DNA of 64,000 nucleotides from Massalongia carnosa (taxonomy: Eukaryota): the NCBI GenBank assembly GCA_965645245.1, contig OZ287067.1:2914001-2978000 (forward strand), read 5' to 3'. The position numbers and the translations under genes were made by a program. The notes beneath the pieces are model-generated. The model did no database searches. It was given only the letters and a program-made list of their open reading frames with translations, and was not told the DNA's origin. How positions within the stretch are numbered: position 1 is the stretch's first letter; each line of letters starts with the position of its first letter. Shown here piece by piece: positions 12,523-23,942 of the stretch.

Positions 12523-13336
12523 ATGGTTGGAAGGTTGGTTTGATGAATGGGCTCATAGGTTGGTAGGACTTCCTATCTATTCAGCAGAAAATAGGGAGGG
12601 AGAGGGAGGGCACCATGCGAGGTGGTTTTCCAGAATGGATGAAAATATAACTAACCCTTTTCTAAGCTGTCAATTCTAGAACTCTCCCCTTTCCTTTCTT
12701 TTCCTTTCCTTTCCTTTCCTCTTCCTCCCTTCCTTGCTTCGTCTTCCTACGCCCGCGTTTAAATTCTAGAATTTTTGTTCCTTTAAAAGACACGCCCCCG
12801 AACAAAATACTTATCTTATCTTAGGTTAGGTTAGGTTAGGTGACCTATCCTCGTCCACACCTATGACATACAAAGTAACACACAAACGATAAGACGAGAC
12901 CGCAACCAAAGCCGCAATGCTGTACAAACCACCACCCCCCATACCCACCGGCCCCAGCCCCATCTATTAGGAGGAAAACCTCCCGGCTGGCTCAGGTAGA
13001 TTTTTATGTAGCTAAATAGGTGGGTAGGTAGTAGGTATGATATGTATAAATATAATTACCAATAATACTCTCTCTCTCTCTATATTCATAATTTTACAGT
13101 CTTCCCCTAGGGAAGAACGAACGCTGGGAAATGAAATAAATGTATACATGCAAGCTTTTCGCCGCACGCTGTTTGCCAAATCTCCAAAACAGCCGATAGA
13201 AAGTCGCAGAAGGAAAACCTCATTCGCACTTTCGAGCTCTTTATTACCCAGCCAGAAACAAAAAAGAACGGAGGGAAAAGTATTCGGAACCCGTCGTGGT
13301 ACCTTCACCTTCATATCATCACGTAGAGAAGCTTAT

Positions 13337-16300
13337 TTAAACACATTCCCACTCCCCAAAAACGCACCACCTCGCGCTCCGGTCTGCGAGCACGAGTCCC
13401 CTCCACGTGCCCCTCTCCCCAACCTTAATGATCGTCTCCCAAACGCCCCCGTCCGCCGCCTCGCTTGCGCTAATAGAGTTCTCGCTCTTACGCATCAGTC
13501 GCAGGATCTTGCCGCTAGGCGCTTGGATAGCGAGTTTGGCCGGCTTCTGCTGGGCGGAACTGCCCGAGTTGGAGGACAAGCCGGCTTGGGAGAAGTAGTC
13601 CGCTGTGGAGGTGGCGGTTGAGACCATGGACATGGCGGACGATGGGCGTGCGAAGGAGGTGTCTGAGGCGGTGGGAGAAGTAGAGCTTGGGGAGGAAGGA
13701 TGCTGGCGGACAGCGAAGACGAAGGTGTTGTTGACGGCGAGACGGGCGCACTGCGGTTGAGCGACGTAGAGATCATGACGCTGCGCGTGCGGGGTGGGAT
13801 GACGAACGAAGAAACCGTACGGGGGGTTGGTGCCCGTGTGGGAGATTGGTAAGGTAAAGGTTAACGGGAGCGGGTTATCTTTGATTGAATGCATAAGGCC
13901 ACGCTTGCCAGAGTAGACCTTCAGCATGCCTTGGCCCTCGTCGCTGGGGAGGAAAGCTTTCACAGTATATCGCTTCTGACCACCGATCCATTCCGCTTGG
14001 GTGAGAGCGCGCGTGGTGATCATGTCTCCACTTTCAAAGATGTCACCATCGGCGTCACGCGCATAATCGCGGGCTTCGACTTCAGCAAAACATTCAATAT
14101 CGGAAGGGACAGTGAACTGTACGTGCACGAGTTCGAGATTCTCCAGCCGGGTGAGACTCGTGTCGAAGCCGACCATTTGGATCCCGTTTCGGAAGTATGG
14201 CGGACAAGCGCAAGGTAAAGCCAAGAGAATGTCTGGAGCGATTGGAGGGCAAATATGCTGTTGCTCGAGGAGAGAAGGAATATGGGTGTAGCATATGTCC
14301 ATCGGCCTTGCAAGAAACCACCCAGCCTCCGCCGCCTGAGATCCAGCGCTCGAGTATTGTCCTCGTTTGGGGTTCGTCGGGCTCGCCAATGAGCAATCCA
14401 TGATCCGCCATTCGTTATCCACAATGACAGCGTTCCACCAATGGTTCGATCGGGGAATATTATCGTAGTCTATAGCTTCACCTGGAACCTTTAGGTAGCC
14501 TCGTACAACGTCTGCGTGTATGCCCATCGCCAAGCACATCTCCATAACCAAAACGGCAACCTCTTCCGCACAGCCTCTTTTCATCTGGATGACACGCCTT
14601 GAATCAACCGCTCCCTCGAAATCTTCGTCCCAAGCAACTTTTTCGCTGACCCAGGTAAAGATTGCTCTCAGCCTCTGCACATCGCTCCGGTAAGGTCGAC
14701 AAACGTATCCTTGTGCTAGACTTGCTGGATTGGTCATTGGGGGAAGACTGTTGACAAAACGGGCGCTCTTGTCTACAAGCTGAAGATTCACCGCATGAAA
14801 ATCTGTAGGATATTCAATAGGTAACCCATCCGCCCCTTCATCTCCTTCAGCAACCTCAAAGAGTGCGTCTACAGGAGCAATCACGGCGTGGTTCATCAAT
14901 TGACACCTCTCCATCCTGTCTGCTCTCTCATTACGACTCAAGGAGTTCGAACGATTGATATCTCGTCGCACTTGAACCCAATCGACTCCGCTCTTGCCAA
15001 CTCCAAGACCCATGCCCCGGGCGGCACTAGAACCTGCCAAGGCCGCAACGCCATTTGGTAGCAAGTTCTTGATTGGAGAGCGAGGTGGCTCCATTTGCCC
15101 TGCAGCAATGCTACTTCTTGCACTGGCCGCACCTGTTCTAGCTGACTCGACAAGTTTCTTGAAGAATCCGCTTTTCCTGGCCTTAGGAGCTGTCAGACCT
15201 CCAAGTATACCGCCTGAATCGTTTACACTTGTTGTCCAGTCTGCCGGCAGAGTTGACCCAGGTCTGGATTCATTATTTGAGGAGTTGCTTGAGATTGCAG
15301 GTTGTGCACGCATCCCATGGTGTGACCCTTCTCCAAGACCTAAAAATGCATCTTGGCGATTATCTATTACACTCATCGGCCTACTACCACTACCTAAGCC
15401 CTTTCTCCTCGCTAAGCTGCCAGCACTAGTCGCACTGAAGCCGCCCGCTGATTGTCCGCTCATAATGCTCTGGCTTGTCCGCTGAGTGCTGGAAGTACCA
15501 TTAGTAGCTACACTTTGGACCCCGCTTGAGGAAGCTGTCGCGCTTGACTTTGTAGTGAACGTTCGGCCGAGCGCCTCGCGCCCAATGTCGTACGCCGACT
15601 TCCGATTCCTCAACTTCTGCTGCGAACCACTAGCATCAGATCCAAACCCTGTCAAACCAAGCGAAGAATTTGCTCTCGGTTGATAAGGGGAGTCCTTTTT
15701 CGGTGGAGCAGGCGGTGGACCCACATTGTCATCGGGAAGAAAGAGCTCATCACTAGAGCGAGCACTATCGCCTAAGAGGGCCTGCTCATGACCCTCCAGG
15801 CGTTGTGAATATTCGCCACTCATATGTGGCTGATTATCGAACTCATCAAGCTCAGGGAACCCCTCCTGGCTATCATATCCGTCGTCCCTATGATAATTTT
15901 TATTTATTTGTGAGGAACCTATGCCCAAAGACGACCGTGGTCTGCGCTTGTCTCGTGCATAAGGCTTTCCTTGGAGCTCCTGGAAGGCTTCAGGTGACCA
16001 TGGATCTATGGGCTGTTGCACCCGTTCAAAAGAATGAGAGGGCACGTTCCGACGCAAAGTCATATCATGCAGCGAAGACATAACTTCTTCCATAGCATCG
16101 CGAAGCGGTGATGGCGTAAGCCCCGGAGCCGTCGGTGAAAGTGGAGCTGGAGAGTGCGCTCTCGAAATAGCCGGATATCGATTGTTCATCGATGGAGAAG
16201 GAGAGGGGGTACGTCGAGAGCTTGGTGTGTTGTACGCTACTCGATGCGGCGGAGGCGCCGGAGGAGGAGGTGAGGAGCCCAGGTCTTTGTAAGGTACGGA

Positions 16301-16906
16301 AAATCCATGTACGGGTACATGAGGGTGTCTAGCTGATGGGGCTGGAGAGGGAGCCCGTGAGCCATAAGCTATTTGGGGAGCTGGAGATCCCTGGAGATAA
16401 CGAGGTGAAGGAGATGGAGAAGGGGTGTGTGGAATGTACGTTTGACCGTGGGTAGGAGAAGGCACCTGAGGCTTCTGTAGATAGCTAGGCGGTCTATTGG
16501 GACTCGGAGATGGCGCTCGAGATCTAGCTTCCGCTGGAGGAGGTACTGGATTTGGATACCCAGCTTTTGCATATGCTTGGAAGGGTTTGCGAAATGTCTT
16601 AGTTTTCTGCGGCGTAGAGGTACGCAACAGGCCCCCACCGTTAGCAGAGGGCATAGGACTCGTGATCCGGCTCATAGGGCGAAAACTATCATCCAGCACT
16701 TGGACGAAGTTCGACGGGAAAAGCCCCATAGCTCGCTTGTCCCTGCGCAAACGACCCATCCACCATGATCCATCGCCTGCATTGAGACATTCTATTAGGT
16801 CTCCCTCCACAAAACCCAGATCCCGTTTTGTCTCCCCTCCCCACGAGTATGTGGCCCTGCACCAGCATGGAAATCGGGTCGGAAGATTGGGAGGTGTGTT
16901 TGCCAT
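13337..16906 (-). CDS. CYK3: Cytokinesis protein Cyk3 (N-terminal SH3, Pro/Ser-rich linker, transglutaminase-like domain)
   Basis: SH3 motif CRATYSWGGE..RDLGFVEGDLIECLNAGDGSWWMG...GLFPSNFV; QRLRAIFTWV, VRGYLK, NHWWNAV...WRIMDCSLA. Single 1189-aa ORF. Confidence 0.9.
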   Translation of the reverse strand: MANTPPNLPTRFPCWCRATYSWGGETKRDLGFVEGDLIECLNAGDGSWWMGRLRRDKRAMGLFPSNFVQVLDDSFRPMSRITSPMPSANGGGLLRTSTPQKTKTFRKPFQAYAKAGYPNPVPPPAEARSRAPSPSPNRPPSYLQKPQVPSPTHGQTYIPHTPSPSPSPRYLQGSPAPQIAYGSRAPSPAPSARHPHVPVHGFSVPYKDLGSSPPPPAPPPHRVAYNTPSSRRTPSPSPSMNNRYPAISRAHSPAPLSPTAPGLTPSPLRDAMEEVMSSLHDMTLRRNVPSHSFERVQQPIDPWSPEAFQELQGKPYARDKRRPRSSLGIGSSQINKNYHRDDGYDSQEGFPELDEFDNQPHMSGEYSQRLEGHEQALLGDSARSSDELFLPDDNVGPPPAPPKKDSPYQPRANSSLGLTGFGSDASGSQQKLRNRKSAYDIGREALGRTFTTKSSATASSSGVQSVATNGTSSTQRTSQSIMSGQSAGGFSATSAGSLARRKGLGSGSRPMSVIDNRQDAFLGLGEGSHHGMRAQPAISSNSSNNESRPGSTLPADWTTSVNDSGGILGGLTAPKARKSGFFKKLVESARTGAASARSSIAAGQMEPPRSPIKNLLPNGVAALAGSSAARGMGLGVGKSGVDWVQVRRDINRSNSLSRNERADRMERCQLMNHAVIAPVDALFEVAEGDEGADGLPIEYPTDFHAVNLQLVDKSARFVNSLPPMTNPASLAQGYVCRPYRSDVQRLRAIFTWVSEKVAWDEDFEGAVDSRRVIQMKRGCAEEVAVLVMEMCLAMGIHADVVRGYLKVPGEAIDYDNIPRSNHWWNAVIVDNEWRIMDCSLASPTNPKRGQYSSAGSQAAEAGWFLARPMDICYTHIPSLLEQQHICPPIAPDILLALPCACPPYFRNGIQMVGFDTSLTRLENLELVHVQFTVPSDIECFAEVEARDYARDADGDIFESGDMITTRALTQAEWIGGQKRYTVKAFLPSDEGQGMLKVYSGKRGLMHSIKDNPLPLTFTLPISHTGTNPPYGFFVRHPTPHAQRHDLYVAQPQCARLAVNNTFVFAVRQHPSSPSSTSPTASDTSFARPSSAMSMVSTATSTADYFSQAGLSSNSGSSAQQKPAKLAIQAPSGKILRLMRKSENSISASEAADGGVWETIIKVGERGTWRGLVLADRSARWCVFGEWECV

Positions 16907-17545
16907 TGGCAGCTCTACCTAGATGTGTACAAAGGAAATATCCTAACCTTTAGCATCGAGATCTTATCCTAAACGAAATGAGATTTGAAGAGAGCCGTAA
17001 TCTTGCTTGAATAAGGAAAAAGCAACTTTCAAAGATCGCAGCTTCAACGCAATTCGTAGTCAATGATTGTATAACAGAACGAATTTGTCTATCACGGTCA
17101 AACCGTATGCTTAACGGAGAAGAAACGGGAGGGTAGAGAAGCAGGCCACTAACTTTGGCACTGTATTGTGCTAATGGAGAGAGCTCAAGATACTCGGTAC
17201 ATGTACAGAGTACTTGGAAGGGTCGAAGTGAGTGGATGAAATACGGAAAGTAAACAAATTGAAACGATGCGGGAGCTAAACTCACCAAACTAGCGAGAAA
17301 CTAAGCGCTTCCGACGCTAACGACATAAATAACACCTGATGCCATGATACGGCGTACTCTGTACTCGACACGGGCATTATCGGTACAGTACGAAGTAATG
17401 CTAACCGTTTTCGTCTTTAGCCATCTTCGATGAACCGACGCAGTCGGCAAAAGCGGATCAACATGATTTAGCGACCTCACCAATGGCAATCCAGTTAGCG
17501 GATTGACCCTACTCTAATCTCATATCGAATGTTCTATTTTCTGAA

Positions 17546-18554
17546 TCAAGCCAACCGTTCCTCTCCTCTTCCCCTCTCTTCTTCCCCACCATCCCCATAT
17601 ATCAAATACTGCACTCCTAGTCCAGCATCGCAGCACGCCTGAAATACGCCACACATCTTAAACGCCCACGGAACCTTGTTCACATCACTAAGGAAGAAGA
17701 ACCCCATCTTCATCATGTCGCCAAGGAGCCAATTAGCCAGCACAGAAAGACGGAACCCTTTGCATGACCGCGCGCGCCGATTGGCGAGGATTTGAGGGAT
17801 TGGTAGTGTAGCTTCAATGGCAAGGCCGAGATACCCGATGAGGATGGTATAACTGGAGTTAGGGTGAGGATGGAAAAGGGTGTGTAGGGCTAAGAGGAGA
17901 ATGGCGAGGATGAGAAGGTATTCCCAATACCTGGATGGATGCGCCAAGAGTTAGTTAGGGGATCTTTGCTCAGGGGCTGTAAGCGTTGGGTCTGATCTTT
18001 GCAAGCATGCAGCTCTGAGACCGTCGATGAAGATGATTCATGTATACTTACGGTCTCTGACTCCGCCACTGAGTGTTCGAATTAGTCTAACGCGTTCACA
18101 AAGTACAAACTGGCCTCGGAAAACATACCCTCCAGAAACCCCACGGACGGCCCTCGCCCTCTAGAGCCCCCTGGAACGGCCCCTCACCCCTCCAAAGTGA
18201 CCGGTTGTCTAGCGCCACCTTAAGAAGCAGCGTCTGCACGCCCACCATGATGAGCGCCTGTACCAGCAGTGCGACATCGTAGCGGGCGCCGGGCCAGTAG
18301 AAAATTTTCAAGATCGAGGCTGTAAGCATGATGAGGGGTATGTCGAGGGAGAATCCGGCAGAGGTTTTTGTGCGGTGGATGGAGATGATTTGGTCGGCAT
18401 AAGATGTGAAAGGGGAGAGTATTAGGCTGGATAAGACGGTTAGCTGGGGGCAATCAGTACTGAATCAGATAGGCATTGAATTGAACAGATAAGAAAGCAC
18501 GATTTCGTACAATATTGGAGCGAAGGTTGAGATCAGGGCTGCAAGAAGAGACAT
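17546..18554 (-). CDS. PQ-loop repeat membrane protein (Any1/PQLC1-like), 4 exons
   Basis: MSLLAALISTFAPIF, intron, LILSPFTSYADQI...SAGFSLDIPLIMLTASILKIFYW, 17-nt exon WRSQRP, then YWEYL...GLAIEATLPIPQI...KGFRLSVLANWLLGD. Confidence 0.85.
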
Positions 18555-19312
18555 AGCGGTAGGGATGGATTTGCCGGTGATCGTAAGTTTGGAAGGAGGG
18601 TATAATATTTCATGGCGCAAACATGTCCGACTCGATTGCCAAGAGCAGCTGATATTCGGAAAAGCTGCTAGAGGATATTCTTATCATATACAGGAAAATG
18701 CTGCTCTGATGAACTGCTGCTCAAGATTTTTGAGCTCAGCGTTGCTAGAAATTGCCTCGAGGGAGGTCAACGAACTAGGTCAGTTGGGCGCTATAATTGG
18801 CGGGATGGCGGGGCGACGGCCGTCTCAGAGGTTGATGGCTAGTAAATGGCTGAGGTGTGGATGAGAAAATACGGATACTTTATATCAATCTCTTTGGAAA
18901 ATCAAAGTATTTGTGAAGTTCTGCTCAGATCTCATCGTTAGACAGGTACTCCATAGTTCTGCTTAGAGTAGGAGATACTCTAAACTCAGTCACTCCGGAC
19001 AGTACTTTGTAACTACTTTGTACCTCGTACCTCAAAATGGTAAGGGAGGCGAGAAGCTAGATAAGCTTGTGACCTCATTCACTTCCAAAGACTCCGTCTG
19101 GTTTTGAGTGCCTATCTCTGGAAGAAAGATGCCTGAGGTACCATGGCATCAGATGGTCCGTTGCGATCCGACCTACTAGTATGAACTTTACAAACCCATC
19201 CTATCTTCTGATACCTGTTTCCTTCCTGTATTCGTTTACTTCGTCATCCAACTATCCCAAGCTATAGCAATCAACTCCCTAAAGGCTACATCAAACACTT
19301 GAGCTAGCAGCC

Positions 19313-20100
19313 ATGGGCGATCGAAGTGCTTTCTTCTATGGTACGCTAAGCGAGAAAGATAAAGGGTTATGACTGTCCCCGTAGCTAAGGCATGCTGTAG
19401 GTACATTGGTATATATAAACCCTCATGAAGCAGAATGATATTTAATCACAAAGCGATAGATGATACCTCAGGTCCTCTACCGAGTTTGCTACGGCACCTC
19501 AAACCCACCACCATATTTAGCAGCCCTTCTGAGAATCTCTCCGGCTATTCTCCCTGCCTACAACCGCCGCAAGGTTCGCTTCTGCGACTATCCTGCTGTT
19601 GTTCCTTCGCCAGCCCCGTCCTCAGTTCGCGGTACATACGTTCGTGGCCTCACTGACGCTGACATCTTGCGATTGGATATCTTTGAGGGATCTCAATATG
19701 TTCGAAAGAAAGTCAAGGTCATGCTTTTGGCTGAAGTGGGGGAGGAAGATGGAACGGGAAACGTAGAGGGCCGGGAAGTAGAGGCGGAGACTTATTTATG
19801 GAAAAAAGGGGAAGATATGTTAGAAGACGGCGAGTGGGATTTTGCAGAGTTTAAAAGGGAAAAGCTCGTAAACTGGGTGGATGTGGATGAAGAATATAAA
19901 GGTGAGCGAGCAGCTCCAAACTAGGAAACCATATAATAGTAGCACCTGGGTGAGGTTGGTAGGCTGATAAGTATCTAGATGTCGATGAGATAGCGAAAGT
20001 AGGAAAGGCTGAGCCAACGGTGGTGATGAAGGTAGATGGCACAAACACGAGTCATCTGGAAGGCGGGGAAGTGAAAGAGCTGCTAAAGAGTGCTGTGTGA
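19313..20100 (+). CDS. AIG2-like / gamma-glutamylcyclotransferase family protein, 4 exons
   Basis: MGDRSAFFYG + 8-nt exon (GTL) + MIPQVL rebuilds the FFYGTLM motif; DYPAVV, VRG, LDIFEGSQYVR, WDFAEF. Last exon ends with TGA at 20100. Confidence 0.87.
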
Positions 20101-22182
20101 ACAAACGAAGTCAAGGCCGACTCCTGATCAAGGGCATGTCGAATACCCCTTTCGGCTCTTTTTAAGGGATTTTGATGGCCACATGGACAGCTGCGTTAAG
20201 AAAGCAGAACAGCTATCATGTATTCTTCTAATTGCAGATGCAAAATAACGATGGCAGTACAAGCATCCAGCACCCAAACTGTGGAAAGTTACAAAATAGG
20301 CAACTTTCGTAGGATTTGTTTCTGTTTTGATTACCAGCAGTCCTCTATAGAGTTTTTCACCATTCGTTTCATCCCTAGATTCGTATTAGGAGCTTTTAGT
20401 TTGGGCTTTTTCATGAGATCTTCACTACATACCAAGTCATATACTCCATATAAGAAAGGAAAACTTAGCTGCCCTTCAAGGTTATGCCAGCAAGACGCCC
20501 AAGAGTATGAGACAAAATTGTACGTGTATCTAAAGCCGAGTGGACTCGAAGGGGGATATATTTGTTGCAACCATAGGTTTTGTGCTTGATTTCAATAGCG
20601 TGTTCTGTTGCAGCAAAACATAATACTCGGTTGTTGTTTTATGGAAATTTCGCTAATATACTCTCAGGACTTGGACCATGCCAGAAACCACATCAACTTG
20701 ATAATCGACTTATCCTTCAGGGCGGATGGCCATACTATAAAAGTATGGAAAACCACTAAGGGGACTTTGTATTCCTGAGAGACGGGATCCACGGGCATCA
20801 CAGTCTTTGGTTCCAAATAAACGTTGATTTTTCAGCTATGCATAGCTCTACAACCTAGATTCTTTTCATGCATCTGGCAGTAGCTAAACTTCATATTTTT
20901 TTTTACTCAATAGCAGGCCCGACCATATTCTGTACGACGAGCTCATTGAAACATACTACTAGACGTCAAAGTGCTTTCGTTACTTCTCTGGTATTCACAC
21001 CCAAACAAGTGACCGTGTGGGCGAGCTTGAATAATAGCACATCTTTAGACTAGGTATGCATTTTTTAGTCGCAGAATTCGAGACCAGCTTCCGCAAATTA
21101 TAGAATCATTGGAGAGAGGCTTGAAGGTTATTGGGTCCTGCCCGTCATAATGGTCAATATCTTTACTTCGGTGTGTGTCTGTACTCGGCGGATAAAAGGT
21201 TATATAATTAGTCCGTCATGCAGTTTTTCGGAAGGAGATCCTCAGCTTCTGAAGAGCCGATATTAACGCGCGGAGACTAGGAGTCTGCAATAATACCATG
21301 AAAGCTATTATTCAGGAACATGACGAGGCTTTGGGTGAGGATGTTCAGAAAAGAAACCTAAGACATCTGGTCTCAAGATGCATTTTATAGTCCCCACACC
21401 GAGAAATAAAGGCTACGGACCAATGGACTTAGCTCGAGATGGACAAAACCTTGACAACAGCGAAGTCATTTTTGGATTTTCAAGAACTGCCGCAAAGGGA
21501 ACTGCGTTTCGTTCATGATCCCGATACTGATAGCGGGATTGGTACGGCTATGCGCTTATTTTCTGCCTTGGCCATCTGTCGACCAAGAAGGCCCTTTTCA
21601 CTACAGATACTCTGTAAGATAAGGATTCATCTCCCGCTGTGGATCGGCTATATATTGAATTCACGGCGGTTGTGCAATTGCAGGTGTATTTCTGACCATC
21701 CCTTCAAATGGGAAGGCTTGGAGCACTCAGCGGATCCTACTTGATCAGCGGAACCCGATCTAAGGTCAGAGATGGTAGCAGTTTCACTGGTGAGTGGTTT
21801 GACGCTACTCTGTGGTATTTTAGATACTCTGGAGAGTCTTATTACTTTGGCTTATAAGGCCCGCTGGACTTATCCTTGCGCATCCCCATAGGGCTCTACA
21901 GAGCAGAGCAGAAAACGAAAGCTAAGACGAAACACGCAAATCGATGTTCTTCCAAATACTGGGATGAAGATTGAAGCCGAGCAATGTTTGTAAGCTAGCT
22001 TCGTTGCTTTGCAATCTGTGGTCTTACCGTTTTGTCGCCTTTCTCGAAGTTGTGCCGTTTCTTCCTTCCGTCCAGCTCGATCGAGTATTGGGAGGGTAAT
22101 TCTCTTCGTGTTCAGGTTTTTGTTGACCGAAGATGATACAAAAATCCATCTTCCTGTGGGATAAGAACAATATTTGTCTTTA

Positions 22183-22272
22183 TCCTCCGTCGGTACCAGC
22201 TCATAGACGCACACTCTTTTACAAATTCCTCCGTCGGTACCAGCTCATAGACGCACACTCTTTTACAAATTC
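22183..22272. repeat. Tandem duplication, 44-bp unit x2
   Basis: TCCTCCGTCGGTACCAGCTCATAGACGCACACTCTTTTACAAAT at 22183 and 22227. Confidence 0.9.
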
Positions 22273-22344
22273 TTTCTTCCATCATTCGCTTCAACCTTAT
22301 CACAATCTCTTACCCAGAACCCTCTGACCACCCAAAACTCTAAA

Positions 22345-22729
22345 ATGCATACCTCCACTATCTTCGCCCTCCTCGCGGCTGTCATGGCCCCAGCAGCAGT
22401 AACTATCAGCACTCCAACCCCGGTATGGCGGACATGGACGTTACCACCTTAACCATCACAACGGCCACCTCTCGTCCAACACCACAACCAATGCGCTTTT
22501 GGAGAACTCAGAATTAGCCTTCAGCATCTCCTCGTATATTGCCAACCACAATAGCGAGGCTGTCACTAGCCGTATTACCTGCGCTCCCACCGTTCTCCCC
22601 ACCGGCCGTCCCGAAGCATCAACAACACGTACCCAAGCTCACATAATGAACGCAACGCCAGCGGGTGCCAGCAATTCAACAAAAATCCAGAAGGCCGGCA
22701 TTATTGCCAGACCTACCCGTCACTCATAA
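22345..22729 (+). pseudogene. Frameshifted remnant of a secreted Ser/Thr-rich protein gene
   Basis: Signal-peptide-like MHTSTIFALLAAVMAPAAV after AAAATG. Thr-rich sequence continues in two other frames (MDVTTLTITTATSRPT; ITCAPTVLPTGRPEASTTRT). Confidence 0.45.
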
Positions 22730-23942
22730 GAGATCTCTCGCTTCTCTTCGTCTTATCCTGTATTTTTGTTTTGAAAAATTTAAAACATCCACTAAGACAG
22801 ACTTAACAAGCACTCCTACTAACGTTCCCCTCGCCTTTTGCGTCGACCCCTCCCCAACCAGCTCCTCTGCTGATTCAGGATCTTTTGAGTGCTCTGACGA
22901 CCCGGGGACGGTGGGGTTTAGTGGATCGTTCTCGGGTACCGGAAATCAGGTTTTCTTTGGTTTGGGGTACGTGGTTTTCAGCCCGGGGTGCGGTTTTTCG
23001 GGAGGGAGCTTCTGTGGGTAGGACATCGAATATCGAAAGGAAAGGAGTTTAGAGCGGGGGAAAAGAGGCGGGGTTAATGATATTAGGCATAGATTAGATA
23101 TACAATAAATCTGGTAGGATTATTCAACTGATACTGAGTACCTAGATCGATTTTTTCGTTCCGTCGAAACAACCTCCCTTACATTTCGCAAAGCGTTGTG
23201 AGGTTTTACAAAATATACAGGGAACGTACTCCACTTTAGAATCCTTTTACTCATCTCTCTCCCCTCCCCGGGAATCTTCTAGCTCGATAGGTACTTAAAT
23301 ATGTCAGTAGCCGCCAGGCTTACTCAACTAAGGGGGGAAAGCGGAGTGGAGGGAGGGATCTTAAAGCAAAGGCCGGATGTAGTACTTGGCAGGAAATCAG
23401 TTGTTTTGCGGAGTATATTGTTCATTTTCAGTACGCATTTTCTTTCATATACACACCATCAAGACTTGGTAGTTTCACAGAATGTCAGCTTCATAACGGG
23501 AAAAAATGTCAGGGAGTGGGTTCAGATGTTTTTTTTTTGGGAGGACATATACATTAATTGCTTGACTCTATAAATGACCCATAGAAGAAATTTCAAGGCG
23601 AGAAACATCGAGCGCTTGGCAGAATCTTCCAAGACTCCTTCGATGGGTTCGGTGCATAAAAGGATACCTCATCTACCTATTACACGCATGCGGCAATGTA
23701 CAAAATTCTCTTTCCTCAAGCTAAAGGGACACCATTCAACCCATCCGCGCCCAACTCTATGCCTTCCCTTCCCTTTCGCTTGAAGGGGTTCAACGAAGAA
23801 GGTAATTAAATCCACCAATGTTGAGAGAAACATTATGAGCTCTCCCTTGGCCATTCCAAACCCCAAAAAGCGCCTCGTCGCGCCACCTTAAATGTACTCA
23901 ATAAATGCTTCTCTGTGGGGGAGAACCACGGTACTAATAGAG

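Noticed and set aside
12811..12840. (TTAGG)4 as an interstitial telomere
   Set aside because: Only four units, continuing a TTATC run, and not the usual TTAGGG of filamentous ascomycetes. Best treated as a microsatellite.
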